Shown here in pieces: positions 1 to 12,560 of a DNA stretch of 64,000 nucleotides. The notes under the pieces were generated by a model that saw only the letters and a program-made list of their open reading frames with translations, was not told the origin of the DNA and did no database searches. Numbering within the stretch: the stretch's first letter is position 1; each line of letters opens with the position of its first letter. Origin of the DNA: Ginglymostoma cirratum (Eukaryota); assembly GCA_024137785.1 (NCBI GenBank), contig JAHRHZ010000282.1, positions 710,401-774,400 on the forward strand, in the 5' to 3' direction. A program made the translations under genes and the position numbers.

Positions 1-47
1 GTGGAGGAAAATCAAAAAGTATTGACAATCTGTTCTCGTCTGAAATC

Positions 48-682
48 CAAGATGGCGGGGGAGTAGGAAGCCTCAGAGTCTTCAGCTCGTCCGGTCCATG
101 CATTTCCTTTACATTTTTCCCCCTTTTTCCTTCTCTTTTGAGTTTTCGTTCTCCACTTCTCTCTTCCTTCTTTTCCCAGACACGGACTCCCAGCCTCAGA
201 CTCAGCGCAGACTGGGCGAGACGGCCTCCCAGCCTGGCGCAGTGACTTCCCTGCTCAGCGTGGCGGTCTTTCGGCCCAGCGTGACGATGTTTCCGCCCGG
301 AATAGCAGTATCTCGGCCCGGCGTGGCCTCAGCGCAGACTTCTGGTCTCGACCTAATTCCTTAACGAGTAGTCCCACTGTAGCTGAGCACTTAAGAAGGA
401 GTTTAATGTTTGAATTTTCAGTTTTTTTCTTTATTTTCAAATTAAAAATAAGAAGATCTACAATGTGTGATTTTTAATCTCTTTGTATGTCTTACATTAT
501 ACCATAGTTGTTGCAATGTGTAATTTTTAACTTTTTTCTTTCTCTCTACTTGCGCCGTAGCTTCTGTACCTTGGTACTTTTCCCTAATATAGCGCCTTAT
601 TTGGCGACATTATGCACTTTTCACTTTTCTCTTGTACTTTTGTACTTGAGTACACGTGATATGAAAATAAATCAAAAACTAA
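48..682 (+). mobile_element. Putative non-autonomous retroelement (CAAGATGGCG head, GC-rich short repeats, L2-like 3' tail)
   Basis: Starts caagatggcg. A pyrimidine tract and GC-rich degenerate repeats (cccagcc.../ctcagcgcagact) follow. It ends cttttcac...gagtacacgtgat..aataaatc, resembling L2-type 3' ends. Same architecture at 55900-56818. Confidence 0.45.
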
Positions 683-1084
683 ACACATTATCAAAAGTGT
701 CTGCTTTAGCCACTACTGTTCTTCTGCTGAGTGATAGGGCATTGTACATCTGTGGATTCGCCCGATCACCTAAACATAGTGATATAACCCAGTTCTGTTC
801 TCAGTAAAAACTGGCTATGGTCTATTTTGGCAGAATTTGCGTTTGATTGTGATCGACTGCAGTTTCAGCACAGAATGGAATTCCTGTGTAACAAACGAAG
901 AAGCTTCAGTGTTGTCTGAGAAGCTCTTTGAAAGATCCAGACATCATTCTCATTGTCCAATGATTTACCCTGAAGCACAGCAATGTATTTATTCAATCAG
1001 TTTCGAATTCAATAGCTTTGTGTTAGGTGCTTTTGATTCCGTTTTTACCACATTTTCCAACAGAGAATTTCATATCACATCATG

Positions 1085-1445
1085 TATGATTATGAATGGC
1101 ATGTATCGAGTGAAAAGTATGAGGACTTTTCCCAGGGTAGAGGGCTCAATTACTACGGGACCCAGGTTCAAGTTGTGGGAGGGAGGGGGTTGTTTAAGAG
1201 AGATATGAGAGGCAAGTTTTTCCCACACAAAGAGTGAGGAGTGACTGGAATGCACTACCAAAGGAGGTAGTGAAGCAGACACAATAGCAACATTAAAGAG
1301 ACGCCTGGAAGAATACATGAATAGAAAGGGAATAGAGGGATACGAATCCGATAAGTGAAGACAGTTTTAGTATGTTAGGAGAGAATGAGTCGAGGCAGGT
1401 TTGAAGGGCCGCAGAGCCTGTTCCTATGCTGTACTGTTCTTTGTA
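1085..1445 (+). mobile_element. CR1-type LINE 3' fragment
   Basis: Degenerate RT C-terminus (IMNGMYRV..FPRVEGSITTG) followed by a CR1-like 3' UTR ending cctgttcctatgctgtactgttct. Confidence 0.75.
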
Positions 1446-1704
1446 ACCGATATGTTGAAAAAGAAAGCTATCTTTTTCTTCACTGTCAATTTCTTCCTGA
1501 TTGTCTTCCATCATGGACTTCGCATTAAGGTTTTTTTTTTCTGCCGGTGGAAGGACCTCGTCCCGCATTGCTGCACAAAATACATCACAATTTTATACAA
1601 TACCATTGCATCGCTTGTAAATTGACTTGGTCAAATGAGGACGATCTTTGTTTCTTCAATTTCTCTATTGGACAGATAATGAGTGTCTTTTATTCTATTG
1701 TAAT

Positions 1705-3590
1705 CTCCTGTGCCCCATTTCGAATCCTAACATCCTCCAGAACTTCCAATTCCCCGGTCCCCAACACCTCATTTTTACTATGGACGTCCAATCCCTATAC
1801 ACCTGTATTCCCCATGCTGATGGCCGAAAGGCTCTCCGCTTCTTCCTGTCCCGCAGAACTGACCAATCCCCCTCCACCGACACCCTCATCCGCTTAGCCG
1901 AACTCGTCCTCACCCTCAACAACATCTCTTTCAATTCCTCCCGCTTCCTCCAGAGAAAGGGGGTGGCCATGGGTACCCGCATGGGCCCAAGCTATGTCTG
2001 CCTCTTTGTAGGTTACGTGGAACAATCCCTCTTCCGTACCTACACTGGCCCTAAACCCGACCTCTTCCTCCGTTACATTGATGACTGCATCGGCGCCGCC
2101 TCGTGCTCCCACGAGGAGCTCGAACAGTTCATCCACTTCATCAACACCTTCCACCCCAACCTGAAGTTCACCTGGACCATCTCCAACACTTCTCTCTCCT
2201 TCCTTGACATCTCTGTCTCCATCTCGGGCAACCACCGAGAAACCGATGTCCATTTCAAGTCCACTGACTCCCACAGCTACCTGGAATACACCTCCTCCCA
2301 CCCACCCTCCTGCAAAAATGCCATCCCCTATTCCCAATTCCTTCGCCTCCGCCGCATCTGCTCCCAGGATGAGACATTCCACTCCCGTACATCTCAAATG
2401 TCCTCATTCTTCAAAGACTGCAACTTCCCCCCGACAGTGGTCGAGAACGCCCTCGACCGTGTCTCCCGCATTTCCCGGAACACATCCCTCACGCCCCGTC
2501 CCCGCAATAATAATCAAAAAAAGAATCCCCCTCGTCCTCACATACGACCCCACCAACCTCCGGATCCAACGTATCATCCTCCGACACTTCCGCCATCTGC
2601 AATCAGACCCCACCACCAAAGACATTTTTCCCTCCACCCTTATCTGCCTTCATGAGGGACCACTCCCTCCGCGACTCCCTTGTCCGCTCCACACTCCCCT
2701 CCAGCCCCACCACACCTGGCACTTTTCCCTGTAACCGCAGGAAGTGCTACACCTGCCCCCACACTTCCTCCCTCACCCCAATCCCAGGCCCCAAGAAGAC
2801 TTTCCACATCAGGCAGCTGTTCACCTGCATATCTGCCAATGTGGTATACTGCATCCGCTGTACCCGTTGTGGCTTCCTCTACATCGGGGAAACCAAGCGG
2901 AGGCTTGGGGACCGCTTTGCAGAATACCTGCGCTCAGTTCGCAACAAACAACTGCACCTCCCAGTCGCGAACCATTTCAACTACACCCCCCACCCCCCAT
3001 TCCTCAGATGACATGTCTATCCTGGGCCTCCTGCAACGCCACAGTGATGCCACCCGAAGGCTGCAGGAACAGCAAATCATATTCAGCCTGGGAACCCTGC
3101 AGCCCAATGGTATCAATGTGGATTTCACAAGCTTCAAAATCTCCCCTCCCACAACTGCACCCCAAAACCAACCCTGCTCATCTCCACCTACCTAACCTGT
3201 TTGTCCTCTCACCTATCCCCTCCTCCCACCTCAAGCCACACCCCCATCTCCTATCTACTAACATCATCCCGCCCCCTTGTCCTGTCCGTCCTCCCTGGAC
3301 TGACCTGTCTCCTCCCTACCCCACTACCTACACTCACCTTTACTGGCTCCATCCCTGCCTCTTCGACTTGTCTGCCTCCTCTCCACCTATCCTCTCCTCT
3401 ATCCATCCTCTATTCACCTCCCCCTCTCTCCCTATTTATTTCATAACCCTCTTCCCCTCCCCCATTTCTGATGAAGGGTTTAGGCCCGAAACGTCAAGTT
3501 TTCCTGCTCCTGTGATGCTGCTTGACCTGCTGTGTTCATCCAGCCCCATGCTTGTTATCTCGGATTCTCCAGCATCTGCAGTACCTTTTA
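1705..3590 (+). mobile_element. Penelope-like retroelement (RT + GIY-YIG endonuclease), 5'-truncated and frameshifted
   Basis: ORF 1648-2655 has RT motifs (TMDVQSLYT, GVAMGTRMGP, RYIDD). ORF 2652-3011 has a Cys-rich linker (CNRRKCYTC) and GIY-YIG (NVVYCIRC..C..LYIGET). Frameshifts near 2520, 2650 and 2990. C-rich 3' region with a hammerhead motif. Confidence 0.92.
3468..3496 (+). ncRNA. Minimal hammerhead ribozyme motif in PLE terminal repeat
   Basis: ctgatga-agggtttaggccc-gaaa-cgtc: CUGANGA and GAAA core boxes, stem II gggt/gccc, palindromic acgt stem III. Typical of Penelope pseudo-LTRs. Confidence 0.7.
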
Positions 3591-4405
3591 TCCCCTTTCA
3601 TACTTCGCGCCCAGAATGAGATATGTTGATCAAGATGAAGCTGAAATAGAGATTTATTAAAACCTTTTCATGGTGTGTCAGCACCACTGACAATTTCAAC
3701 ATCCATTAACGCATTTCATCTCCCTTTAAGCAGGTGTTTGTGAGTTATCTGCAAGTGACAAACGAGTCGGTCCGTTTCAAAGGGCAGATCGGAATTGGTT
3801 CAGAAGAAGATTCTCAGGGTTTAAAAAGAAAGTTCTGCTTTCTGTTCATAGATGATGGCTGCTGAGATTCTCCGGCAAATTATGTTTTTTTTTGTTTCAG
3901 ATCTTTAGCATTTGCAGTTCTTTGTTTTATTTTATTGTTTTATTTTTGACATGACGGGTAACACTCCATTCAGAATCACACTTTTAATCCCATATTTAGG
4001 CTTCGATTTACTCTCTATCTCCCTGTCTCTCTGGTCGAAAATGAAGAAGTGAAAACTTTAATTTCCATTAAGCCTTTCGTGATATCAAGCTACCATAAAA
4101 CACTTTAAAGCCACAGAAGTCTTTTACTCACTGTCTTCGTGTAGGAAAAGAGGCAGCTAGTTTGCGCACAGCAGATTCCACAAAATGATAACGACAATCC
4201 AGTTAAATGATGTTGTGTGGAATCAAGGTACCATACTAACATTGGAACTGTGATGTAGTTTAGAAAACCGCTCTAAATGTTGTCAAAACTGACGTTTCCA
4301 CTCATAACGTGCAGAGATGGAAAGTCAAGAGCACATTGCAAGTCATTATCTGATGTAACTCCTATGTTAGCAAAGCTGAGATGGTGATGGGGCTTACATC
4401 CTATT

Positions 4406-4795
4406 ATGACGAAAACCAAGGTTTATGTTGCCATTGCTATAGGCCAGACACTCTATTGTCGGTAAGACGTTTATCCTGTAGGATGCTGCTTTTCATCTTT
4501 TTTGGCATCAATATTCAGACCCTACGCAGCCCGACAATGGCATGGAGTCTGTGCTTCAAGATCCAAAGAACCCTGCAGTGAAAATGTGACTTATGTGAAT
4601 CCTGACCCTGCCTTTAGCAGTGCTCAGAAAGAAAGCATCAAAATCGATTTGTAAAGACGCATTCTAACGAAAGCAACTTCCTTCGATGAACATCGAACTC
4701 TTTGCCACTTTCGATAAAGATGCAAGAACCATTCTTTCACGGTTACCATTAAAGGATGAGAGCACAGTGTATACTTCTGCTCGGGCGTGGGAGAC
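4406..4795 (+). pseudogene. Highly decayed TCR V-like relic
   Basis: Leader-like exon ending acactctattgtcg|gtaag, compared with acgctctttgtcg|gtaag of the intact V leader at 53245. Then fragments ESVLQDP, ENVT-C and FATFDKDARTI...KDESTVY/F-C. Multiple frameshifts; no recognisable RSS. Confidence 0.4.
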
Positions 4796-7651
4796 CCATT
4801 CAAATTTGACACCTCCCCCCACTTTCTTTTTTCTGACATCCTAATATCACATAATGTATAATTATACAGCATTTTGGAAATTCTACATTGAATCTCAATA
4901 TGACGAAGCCTCTCCATTAGCAAAACGGCAAAGGTCAGGCACACGATGGATTTTTGTCCACTTATCTGATTGAGTGCAAATTGAACTACGCCTAAAAATC
5001 TCAAAACCATCCACGTTAAAGCTGTACTCGAAGGGTGTATGGTCCACCACATTTAACACCTAGCACCTAGCACCTAGCCACTCGACACCATGAAGCAACA
5101 AACTTTACCATCTACAACATGTCTTGCAAAGACTCAGGGAAGTATTTTCATCAGTACCTTCCAACTCACAATGTTCTGCCTAGGTGGTGGAGAGAAGCCA
5201 ATGCAAGGCAATGTTTTGTGCATGTTCTCCTTCACCTTCCTGACTTCGAGTTATGCAAATCATTTCTTCAGTCGTGGTGAGTTAAAATTCTGCAACCTCT
5301 TTTCCTAACATCGTTTTCAATATAGCTACGCCATGGACTGCAGTGATTCATTAAAGTGTGAGGCAATAATAATAGGAATCAAAGGAAGAATGTGCGCAAT
5401 TTTTTTAGATAGAAGATGGGAGCCATCTCTTCAGAAGAACAGGAAGCATACAGTAACACAGTGCACGGGAAAATTGCATTGCTTCACTCTGGGCTTTTAA
5501 GCATTTTTGGAAAGCCAACAATCATTTCAACTTTACTGTAGCTCTTCTTAAAATGGTTATGATCTTTCTGATTCAAGCATTAAAATCCGTGCGATGTAGA
5601 TACGATGAGGGCCCATAATTGCTGAGTTACAGAAATTCGAGCCAGTAATGAAGAAGGGAAGATGATTGGTGTTCATGTCGAGAGTGATTGTGACCTTGAA
5701 GAAAACACATTCATGTCCTGTTTTTCCCATACGGTTCCTTCCATTTTCTTTCGAAAGTGTTCTGTTTGGAAAGAGTTGGTGAAGAAGCCGTGAAAGTATG
5801 TTCAACTTCAACCTATCGATGGTACGCATTATGTACAAATCACCAGAGACTGGTGGGAACTAAAGGGGTAATAAATAGCTGGATAGCTTTGTCGTGGATG
5901 GTATAGAATTTGTTAAGCTAGACCTGCACGATTGAAGACAATAGGAAGAATTCCAACCACACTCCTGACTAGTCGGTCGTAAGTGGATTGAAAATATTTG
6001 TGGTATCAGTGCAACTTTTGCTTTGGTCTAGACGATTTTGCATTCACGTGCGTAATTCACATTAATCTTTTGTCAAAGGTACTCTCCAGGGTACAGATTG
6101 TGGGATGCCAGTGATTAAACTGCCTGTGGATGTCAACAGGGAAATTGTTCGGTGCAAAATAGTAATCATATCGCATTTACATGATGCAGGGGAAATTTCT
6201 CATTTAAGAGCCAAAGATTGGATGACTAGCTTTGACGTTCCCACTTAAAATATAATGTATCAACCATTTGAAGGTGGGTGACACTAACGCAACAACCTGA
6301 AGCCCTTTGCAGTGACATTCTGGGAGCTAAGATAATTGGCTAAAAATAATAGAAGCATAACCTTAATTGGTGGCTAGCACGATTCACACCACTAGATTAC
6401 TTGCCTCCTAGCCTCCACTGAAATTTGCTGACACGTGGGAGCAAAGTTTGCATTGACTGAAGAGAAATCACCTCTATTGTGGACCGTACCTTTCTCTCTA
6501 TCTCTGAAAGATAATTTCTTTTACACACCTTTCTAACAAAACGCCAATAAAGTTAGAACTAGATGATTTCGGCAAGACCTGAGCTGAGAATGGGTAAGCA
6601 GGTTAGAAAGCAATGAGTGTCACTTCATGGATCAATGTACAATCATTCTGTAATTTTACTTTTGAAAGATAATGGAACGAATGGATACTATTTGGACAGC
6701 TTCATATTTCACTCTTTCTGTTGACAGGAGATACCTGTGAAGGTTCACTGCTTTGTGCCAAAAGCGAGTGTTAGTTTTACTGTGTCACATTCATTTGAGC
6801 TGTAGCAGGTTCTGAAGCAGAGGACAGTAGCACACCAACCATGGATTAGACTTCACTGTATTTTGTGTACACTGTATTTCTTTTAAAGTGTCAGATGGAG
6901 TGAATTCTACTATCTGACCACTGACAACTGGAAGAAATTGTTGTGGATCAAATTACATTTTCTATTGAAATACGGAAATTGACATAGGTAAAAGCGTTGT
7001 AAAACAAATGGGGTGTCCACAGAATCAAAGTACATATGAGGTTGAACGAGCCTGCAGTTTCTGAACTTTCAAACAGTTAGCAGTTTTCTCAACTACATGT
7101 ACAAACATTCTGTCGAACTTTACAACGTAGGCCCTACGAAGCAGACTTCCTGCCTGCAATTTATGCAGGTAAGTATCACAGTTACAGGAAAATATTATTT
7201 GAAATAAGATGGAGTGAAATTTCTTCAGCCAAAATTTTGACTCTGGAAATCTCTACATCAGTAAACTGTGGCCACTCATTTATTCAGAAAGTCCAAGACA
7301 GAGACTCGTAGACTGTAGAGAAGATGTGTCATTTTCATATCAAAAGGCTGGATGAACCGAATCATATTCTCCTGCTCTTTTCTATTAATCTATTAAGAGA
7401 GCACCTCAAAGGGTGGATGGAGACAGAATTGAAGGGATTATTGCACAAACCTCCAAACACAAACTAGCTGCGTTTTCCCCCCATCGATTATGCTTGTGTT
7501 CTTGCCACATCAGTGAAAAGGAATGAAAAACCTGGCATCATGTTTTCCCCTCGCCTTCCAAGCATCATTTAACCTGCGTCAACAGGGTTAAGAATGTAAT
7601 AACAATAAAGTACAATTCCGCACATACTTGAAACAAACACCAATAGCTTTT

Positions 7652-9779
7652 CTAATGCATTATCTTAACAATTCGTTTCCAAATATAGTTTGCTGCATTC
7701 TTCAAATCCTTTCTGAATTTTCTCTGCGTCACGACATAAATACAAGTGTTGGTGCAACAGCTCAAGAGCTGAAGCATGTTTCCACTTTCTTGCCGAATGA
7801 ATCTTGGATCATTGAAATTGGAACCTGAGAAATAAGATTCCTTTGTAATTTTCACATAGAGGAAATCTACAACATATGTCATCCACAAGAGAATGAAGCT
7901 CCCTGAGATGGTGAAGAGTAAAACAATTGACTTTCTCCGGCTCTCCATCTCTGGGTCACTCTGATTTTCTCTACTGCTACTGTTGGCCCGTACCCGCCTG
8001 CGGGCTCTACTGGCTGCAAGGATGTGTCTAACAGTCAGAGCATTGAGCAGTAAAATCAGGAGGAAAGGCAGACCCGGATTTAAAACACGTGCAAACCAAT
8101 CATAGGCTGTCCATGCTAGTGAAGTATAGAAACTTGATTTTACATTACAAAACCATGGCACGTTGTTAATTATGTAGAGTGGTTCATACATGAAGTACCA
8201 GGGAATACTTTTTAAGCAGCTCAACAAAACGACTAATCCTATGACCACCGCCGCTGTTCTCTCAATGCAAAATTGTGCTTTCAGATTCTGGCAACAAATG
8301 GCTATAAATCGATCAAGGGTGAAAGCAACAGTTAACCAGACAGAACTTTCTGTGGCTGCATAGATGATCACAGTACTGATAGTACAGGCTGGAGTCATGG
8401 ACATAAAACTAACTGGGAAATAAATGCCAGTAATCCGATTGAATATGACAGCACTGATAACTACAAGGAGATCCGCCACTGCCATGGACACCAGATACCG
8501 AGTGATGCATTCAGAGAGGCCACATCTTCCTCGGGAGAGGATCACGATCGCCAACAAATTTACTGAAATGGGCAAAGAAAAAATAAGCTATTTACCAGAC
8601 GCATGAATCTGTAAGGTTTTATGTTTGGCATCGTTTCTGGAAGGAAACTAAAGCTTTTTTTTATTTGCAATTCCAGTGACAACTTCATCACACTAATAAA
8701 AGTGCCTATTTGCATTTATGTATTACCTTTAGTATAATTATCATAAGATGATTCTGTTACATATTATGGGGTAAATTTTAATGCTGACACACATAAGGTA
8801 AATTGCATATTTTATCTAAAGCTAACAGACTTGGTATATCATGTTTTCTTCAAGTAACCTATAATCCGACTTTAAAAACCACAAGGTAATACCGGAATCA
8901 AGTCAGATTCAAGGTTCATGAGCATCGATTTATCTGTTCAGTTACTTTAACATTCTTGGTGCCATTAACTCAAAAGTACATTTTATTTATTCATATGTGG
9001 GATATGGTCATCACTGAAGGGCAGACTTGTTTTGGTTCACAATTTTTTGCCCATCAGAAAATGGTGGTGAACCTTTACTTTTACGTTTAAGTCAGAGGGA
9101 CATGAAGATTCAACTACCAGAGCGTATACTGAAGTAAAGGGAAAGGTACGTTTCCCATAATTCCAGAGGATCATCAGGCTGCTCATTCAGTAGAGAGATG
9201 ACTGGTGGTCGTTTAACCTGAGGGTCACCACACCTCAGGCAACTGAAGTAGATTTCCAGGTGGAGTTTTATTTCAGATAATCCATAATTCAAGATTACCA
9301 TTGATACTGATATGAGGTTGCAGTTGCAGAGTTATTTATTTGAAAAAACAGACAACTAATATTAGTGTAATTTGAACTCATGTCAAATCCCTCTGAAATA
9401 ATCTAGGAACTAAACCATATGTTCCCACTTCATTGCAGGTCCATGCTATCATATATTTTTCCTGTGCGAAACTTCTAGATTTTGAATAACTGGCCAAATG
9501 TCCAACGTTCGTTTCAATTAGTGAAGGATTATTATCATCCCCAATTTTAAAAAGTTTTAATTGGTAGAATAGGTGTTGAAATTTTCCTGAGCAGATCTTA
9601 TTGCCATAGATATCTCTGGTTTATTATGATATATTTTAAATTATAATTGATCGCACTAGCTTCATAAAACAGTGATTTCCACAGTTAATTATTCAGTACA
9701 ACGACTCACCTGGGATTCCAATGGCAGCAAGAATTGGATAATAAATTGCATAAACTAGACCAGTTATTCTCCCGTGCAT
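7652..9779 (-). CDS. GPR139-like class A GPCR, 2 exons (9779-9710; 8562-7652), 326 aa
   Basis: Exon 1 MHGRITGLVYAIYYPILAAIGIP with a phase-1 G|gtgagt donor. Acceptor tttcag|TA AAT restores the frame into the 7TM ORF (NLLAIVIL, MAVADLL, TLDRFIA, LPFLLILLLN, RRKSIVLL, CTNTCIY). No stops. Confidence 0.9.
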
Positions 9780-9857
9780 GTTTCTTTTTATATGAAGGAT
9801 TCTGTTATTGATTGTCAGTATCAGCGAATGTCTGTGACAGGCTCAGAGGTGCGCCAA

Positions 9858-9893
9858 TTTATACTTGCACAAAATCTACAGGGAGCCAATTAG
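9858..9893 (-). promoter_or_regulatory. Putative promoter of GPCR gene A: CTAATTGGCTCCCTGTAGA + TATAAA
   Basis: Motif at 9893-9875, conserved upstream of the other two exon-1 copies. TATAAA lies 11 nt downstream (9863-9858), about 80 nt before the ATG. Confidence 0.5.
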
Positions 9894-10461
9894 GTTCCCG
9901 AGATGTTTCGAGTTCTTTGAGCAAACAGATTCTGTTGCTACTCCCTATTTAGGAGATAGTAAAACGTTGGGAAGATCTTGTGAGGCGATTGTCGAGTCTT
10001 TTGATGTCCGATGATGATCCTTGCAGTTTTGCATATGGTATGCTTATACTTTGGTAAATCAACTTTGGGCTCACTCTGAGGGATTTTGCTTCTACAAAAT
10101 AGTGAAGGAATATCGTTTCCTATGAGGCCAGAGGCAAAAAAATGTGATTGCAATAGAGGAAGTGAGGATGATGATGACAGTGGCTGTCACATTCTGTTAA
10201 TATACTTACATTACATTGATGTGACAGGGGACATTCCCACACCATTCATGTTAAACACACATAAATTAAAGATACAAGGGGCAACCTCACAATGATAACG
10301 ACAGGAAACAAAATGTAGACAGAGAACGTGCTAGTGCAATGTAAAGAGGGGCAGAAGCTAGAGTAATATAACGAAATATAACTTTTGACGACATATTAAG
10401 AAGACAAAGTCAAGTGAAGAATCAATAATGGCTTAACAATGATTTTTTTTTTACTAAATTA

Positions 10462-10692
10462 AACCCGAAAGAACTGTGGATGCTATAAATCAGGAACAAA
10501 AACAAAGTTGCTGTACAAGCTCAGCAGGTCTGACAGCTTCTGTGATGTAAAAAATAGAGTAAACGTTTCGGGTGCGGTGACCCTTCTGAGGAAGGATCAC
10601 CGCACCTGAAACATTAACTGTGTTTTTTTTTCCTTTCCGTCACAGATGCTGCCAGACCTCCTGAGCTTTTCGTGCAACTTTGTTTTTGTTTT
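10462..10692. mobile_element. Palindromic PLE-derived short element (two inverted terminal-repeat halves)
   Basis: Arms ~10495-10586 and ~10591-10692 are reverse complements (aacgtttcgggtgcggtgacccttc / gaaggatcaccgcacctgaaacatt). Contains ctgagga...gaaac. Confidence 0.7.
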
Positions 10693-10699
10693 TAATTTT

Positions 10700-12560
10700 T
10701 GCTGTTCTTTCAGGGGATGCGGTTGTTACTGGTTTGTCCAGCAATTACTTCTGTAGAGAAAGTGGTAGGGTGAGCTCCCTTCTTGAACTGATAAAGTTCA
10801 TAGGGCATCCGAAGAGCTGTTAGGAGCGGAGTTTCATGTTTTCTGACCAAGCGACAGTGAAGAAACTGCGAAAGTTTTGAATTCAGGATTACCTGTGACT
10901 TGGAGGAGAAATTAGATGTGTTCTTGTTCATATGAGTAGCTGATCGAGTCCTTCTACATAGTGGAGCTGGCAGGTGGAAGGTGTCGAGGAACCTATGTGG
11001 TTTGCATTTCGTACATGGAACACTCTGCTGCTAAAGTGCATCGGTGGGGATTTTAGTGAATATCAACGATAGTAAATAGGAAAAAACACATAGATTCCTC
11101 ATATTTGACAGTTTCAAGCTGCGTGAGACCTCCTGGAACAGAACTCATCATTCATGTCGGGTGTTTTCCATCATATTATTGACTTTTTCGTGGTAAATGA
11201 TGACTGGTATGCAGACATTTTGAGGAAAACAAATGAGTTTATCTCCACGTAATTACCAGCATCACGGCATGTTCTTTTATGCATTGTATTTATTTGGCCA
11301 GTCTACTAAAATGTCTAGTAAATGTTAAACCGGGATATGGATAGTCGTGGATTCAGCTATGGTAATCATTGGTTATCAAGAGGCAATATTTAAATTCCCT
11401 CTCATTAGCGATAATCACATCCAGGAACTTACGTAGCATGCATGCTATTTTCACTTAATATTGCTGACCTGAGTGTCATCCAGATCTTGCTGCAGACAAA
11501 ATTCACTGCTTTCTTAACCGAGTAGTCAATAATGATGCTGGACATTGTGTAATCATCCAAGAGCATCTACACTTCTAACAATGTAATGTAGTGAAGATCC
11601 TTGAAGAAGCAGAAGAACAGATCTTGACATTGAAGACTACCCCTATGAAAGCCTGTGGTGATTTGCTGCCCCTGAGATGGATGGCCTTAGAAATCCAGTA
11701 TTGTAATTATTACTGCGAGGTATCACTGTAACTATTGGAGGTGAAGTAAGGTTCATTGCATTATGCTTGGTTAAATGTCGTTTGATGTCAATTGACCTCT
11801 GGAGTCTAACTCTTTTATCCTTATTTGGACCAAGACTGTAAAGCAGTCAGTAGCTGAGTGGAAATGGTGTAAAGCAAATTTCAGATCAGTTAGTAGGTTA
11901 TTATTTTCCTTGTTCTGGTTTATAACACTGTTGATGATGCCTTCCATCACTGTGAGAGAACACTGATCAGGTAGTTTATAGCATTGGATTTGTCCTGCAT
12001 TTTGCGCATTGAACAATGCTGACAAATTTTGCACATTACAATTGTGTATTCAGCTATATTCGATGACAAAGAACATTCGTACCACCATGCATAATACAGT
12101 GCAAATCTGTGCCAAAATATATAATCTAATTATCATCCTTTAAAGTTCATCGTCATTAGCATTGTTGAATTCCCAACTATCAAAATTCTGATGGTAATGA
12201 ATGGACGAATCTGAAATTGTCTAGCAAGATTATTGCTGCAGCTACAAGAGAACATTGACGAGAAATGAAAATTACTCTCAAACAGAGGTCAGGCATGGGC
12301 AGCGAATAACTGACCGGCTGACCTCCACACTCCCATGAAGTCTGTCCATCATCTACAATACACAATTGAAAACTATCACGCAAAACTGCCGACTTGCCTA
12401 GATGAGTGCAGGTCCAACAACATTCAAGAAGTTCGACATCATTTAGGACAGAGAATCTTGTATGATGGGCATCATTTGCAGAAGCAGTCATTCCTTCCAA
12501 CACAAGTAAACAAGGGAACTTGTGACTGGCTTGAAGCAATGCAGTATTTAGGGAAATATA
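10700..12560. mobile_element. Old, degraded LINE-derived sequence
   Basis: Scattered similarity to LINE-type repeat text (e.g. gatgctggacattgtgtaatcatc; tccaacaacattcaagaagttcgacatcat). No intact ORF; family and boundaries uncertain. Confidence 0.35.

Noticed and set aside
2744-3619. 291-aa Pro/Leu-rich ORF
   Set aside because: Alternative frame over the PLE endonuclease and its C-rich 3' region.
5838-5960. Minus-strand AIYYP-like stretch resembling GPCR exon 1
   Set aside because: Only ~15 nt of similarity; no ATG in frame, no convincing promoter motif and no downstream exon 2.
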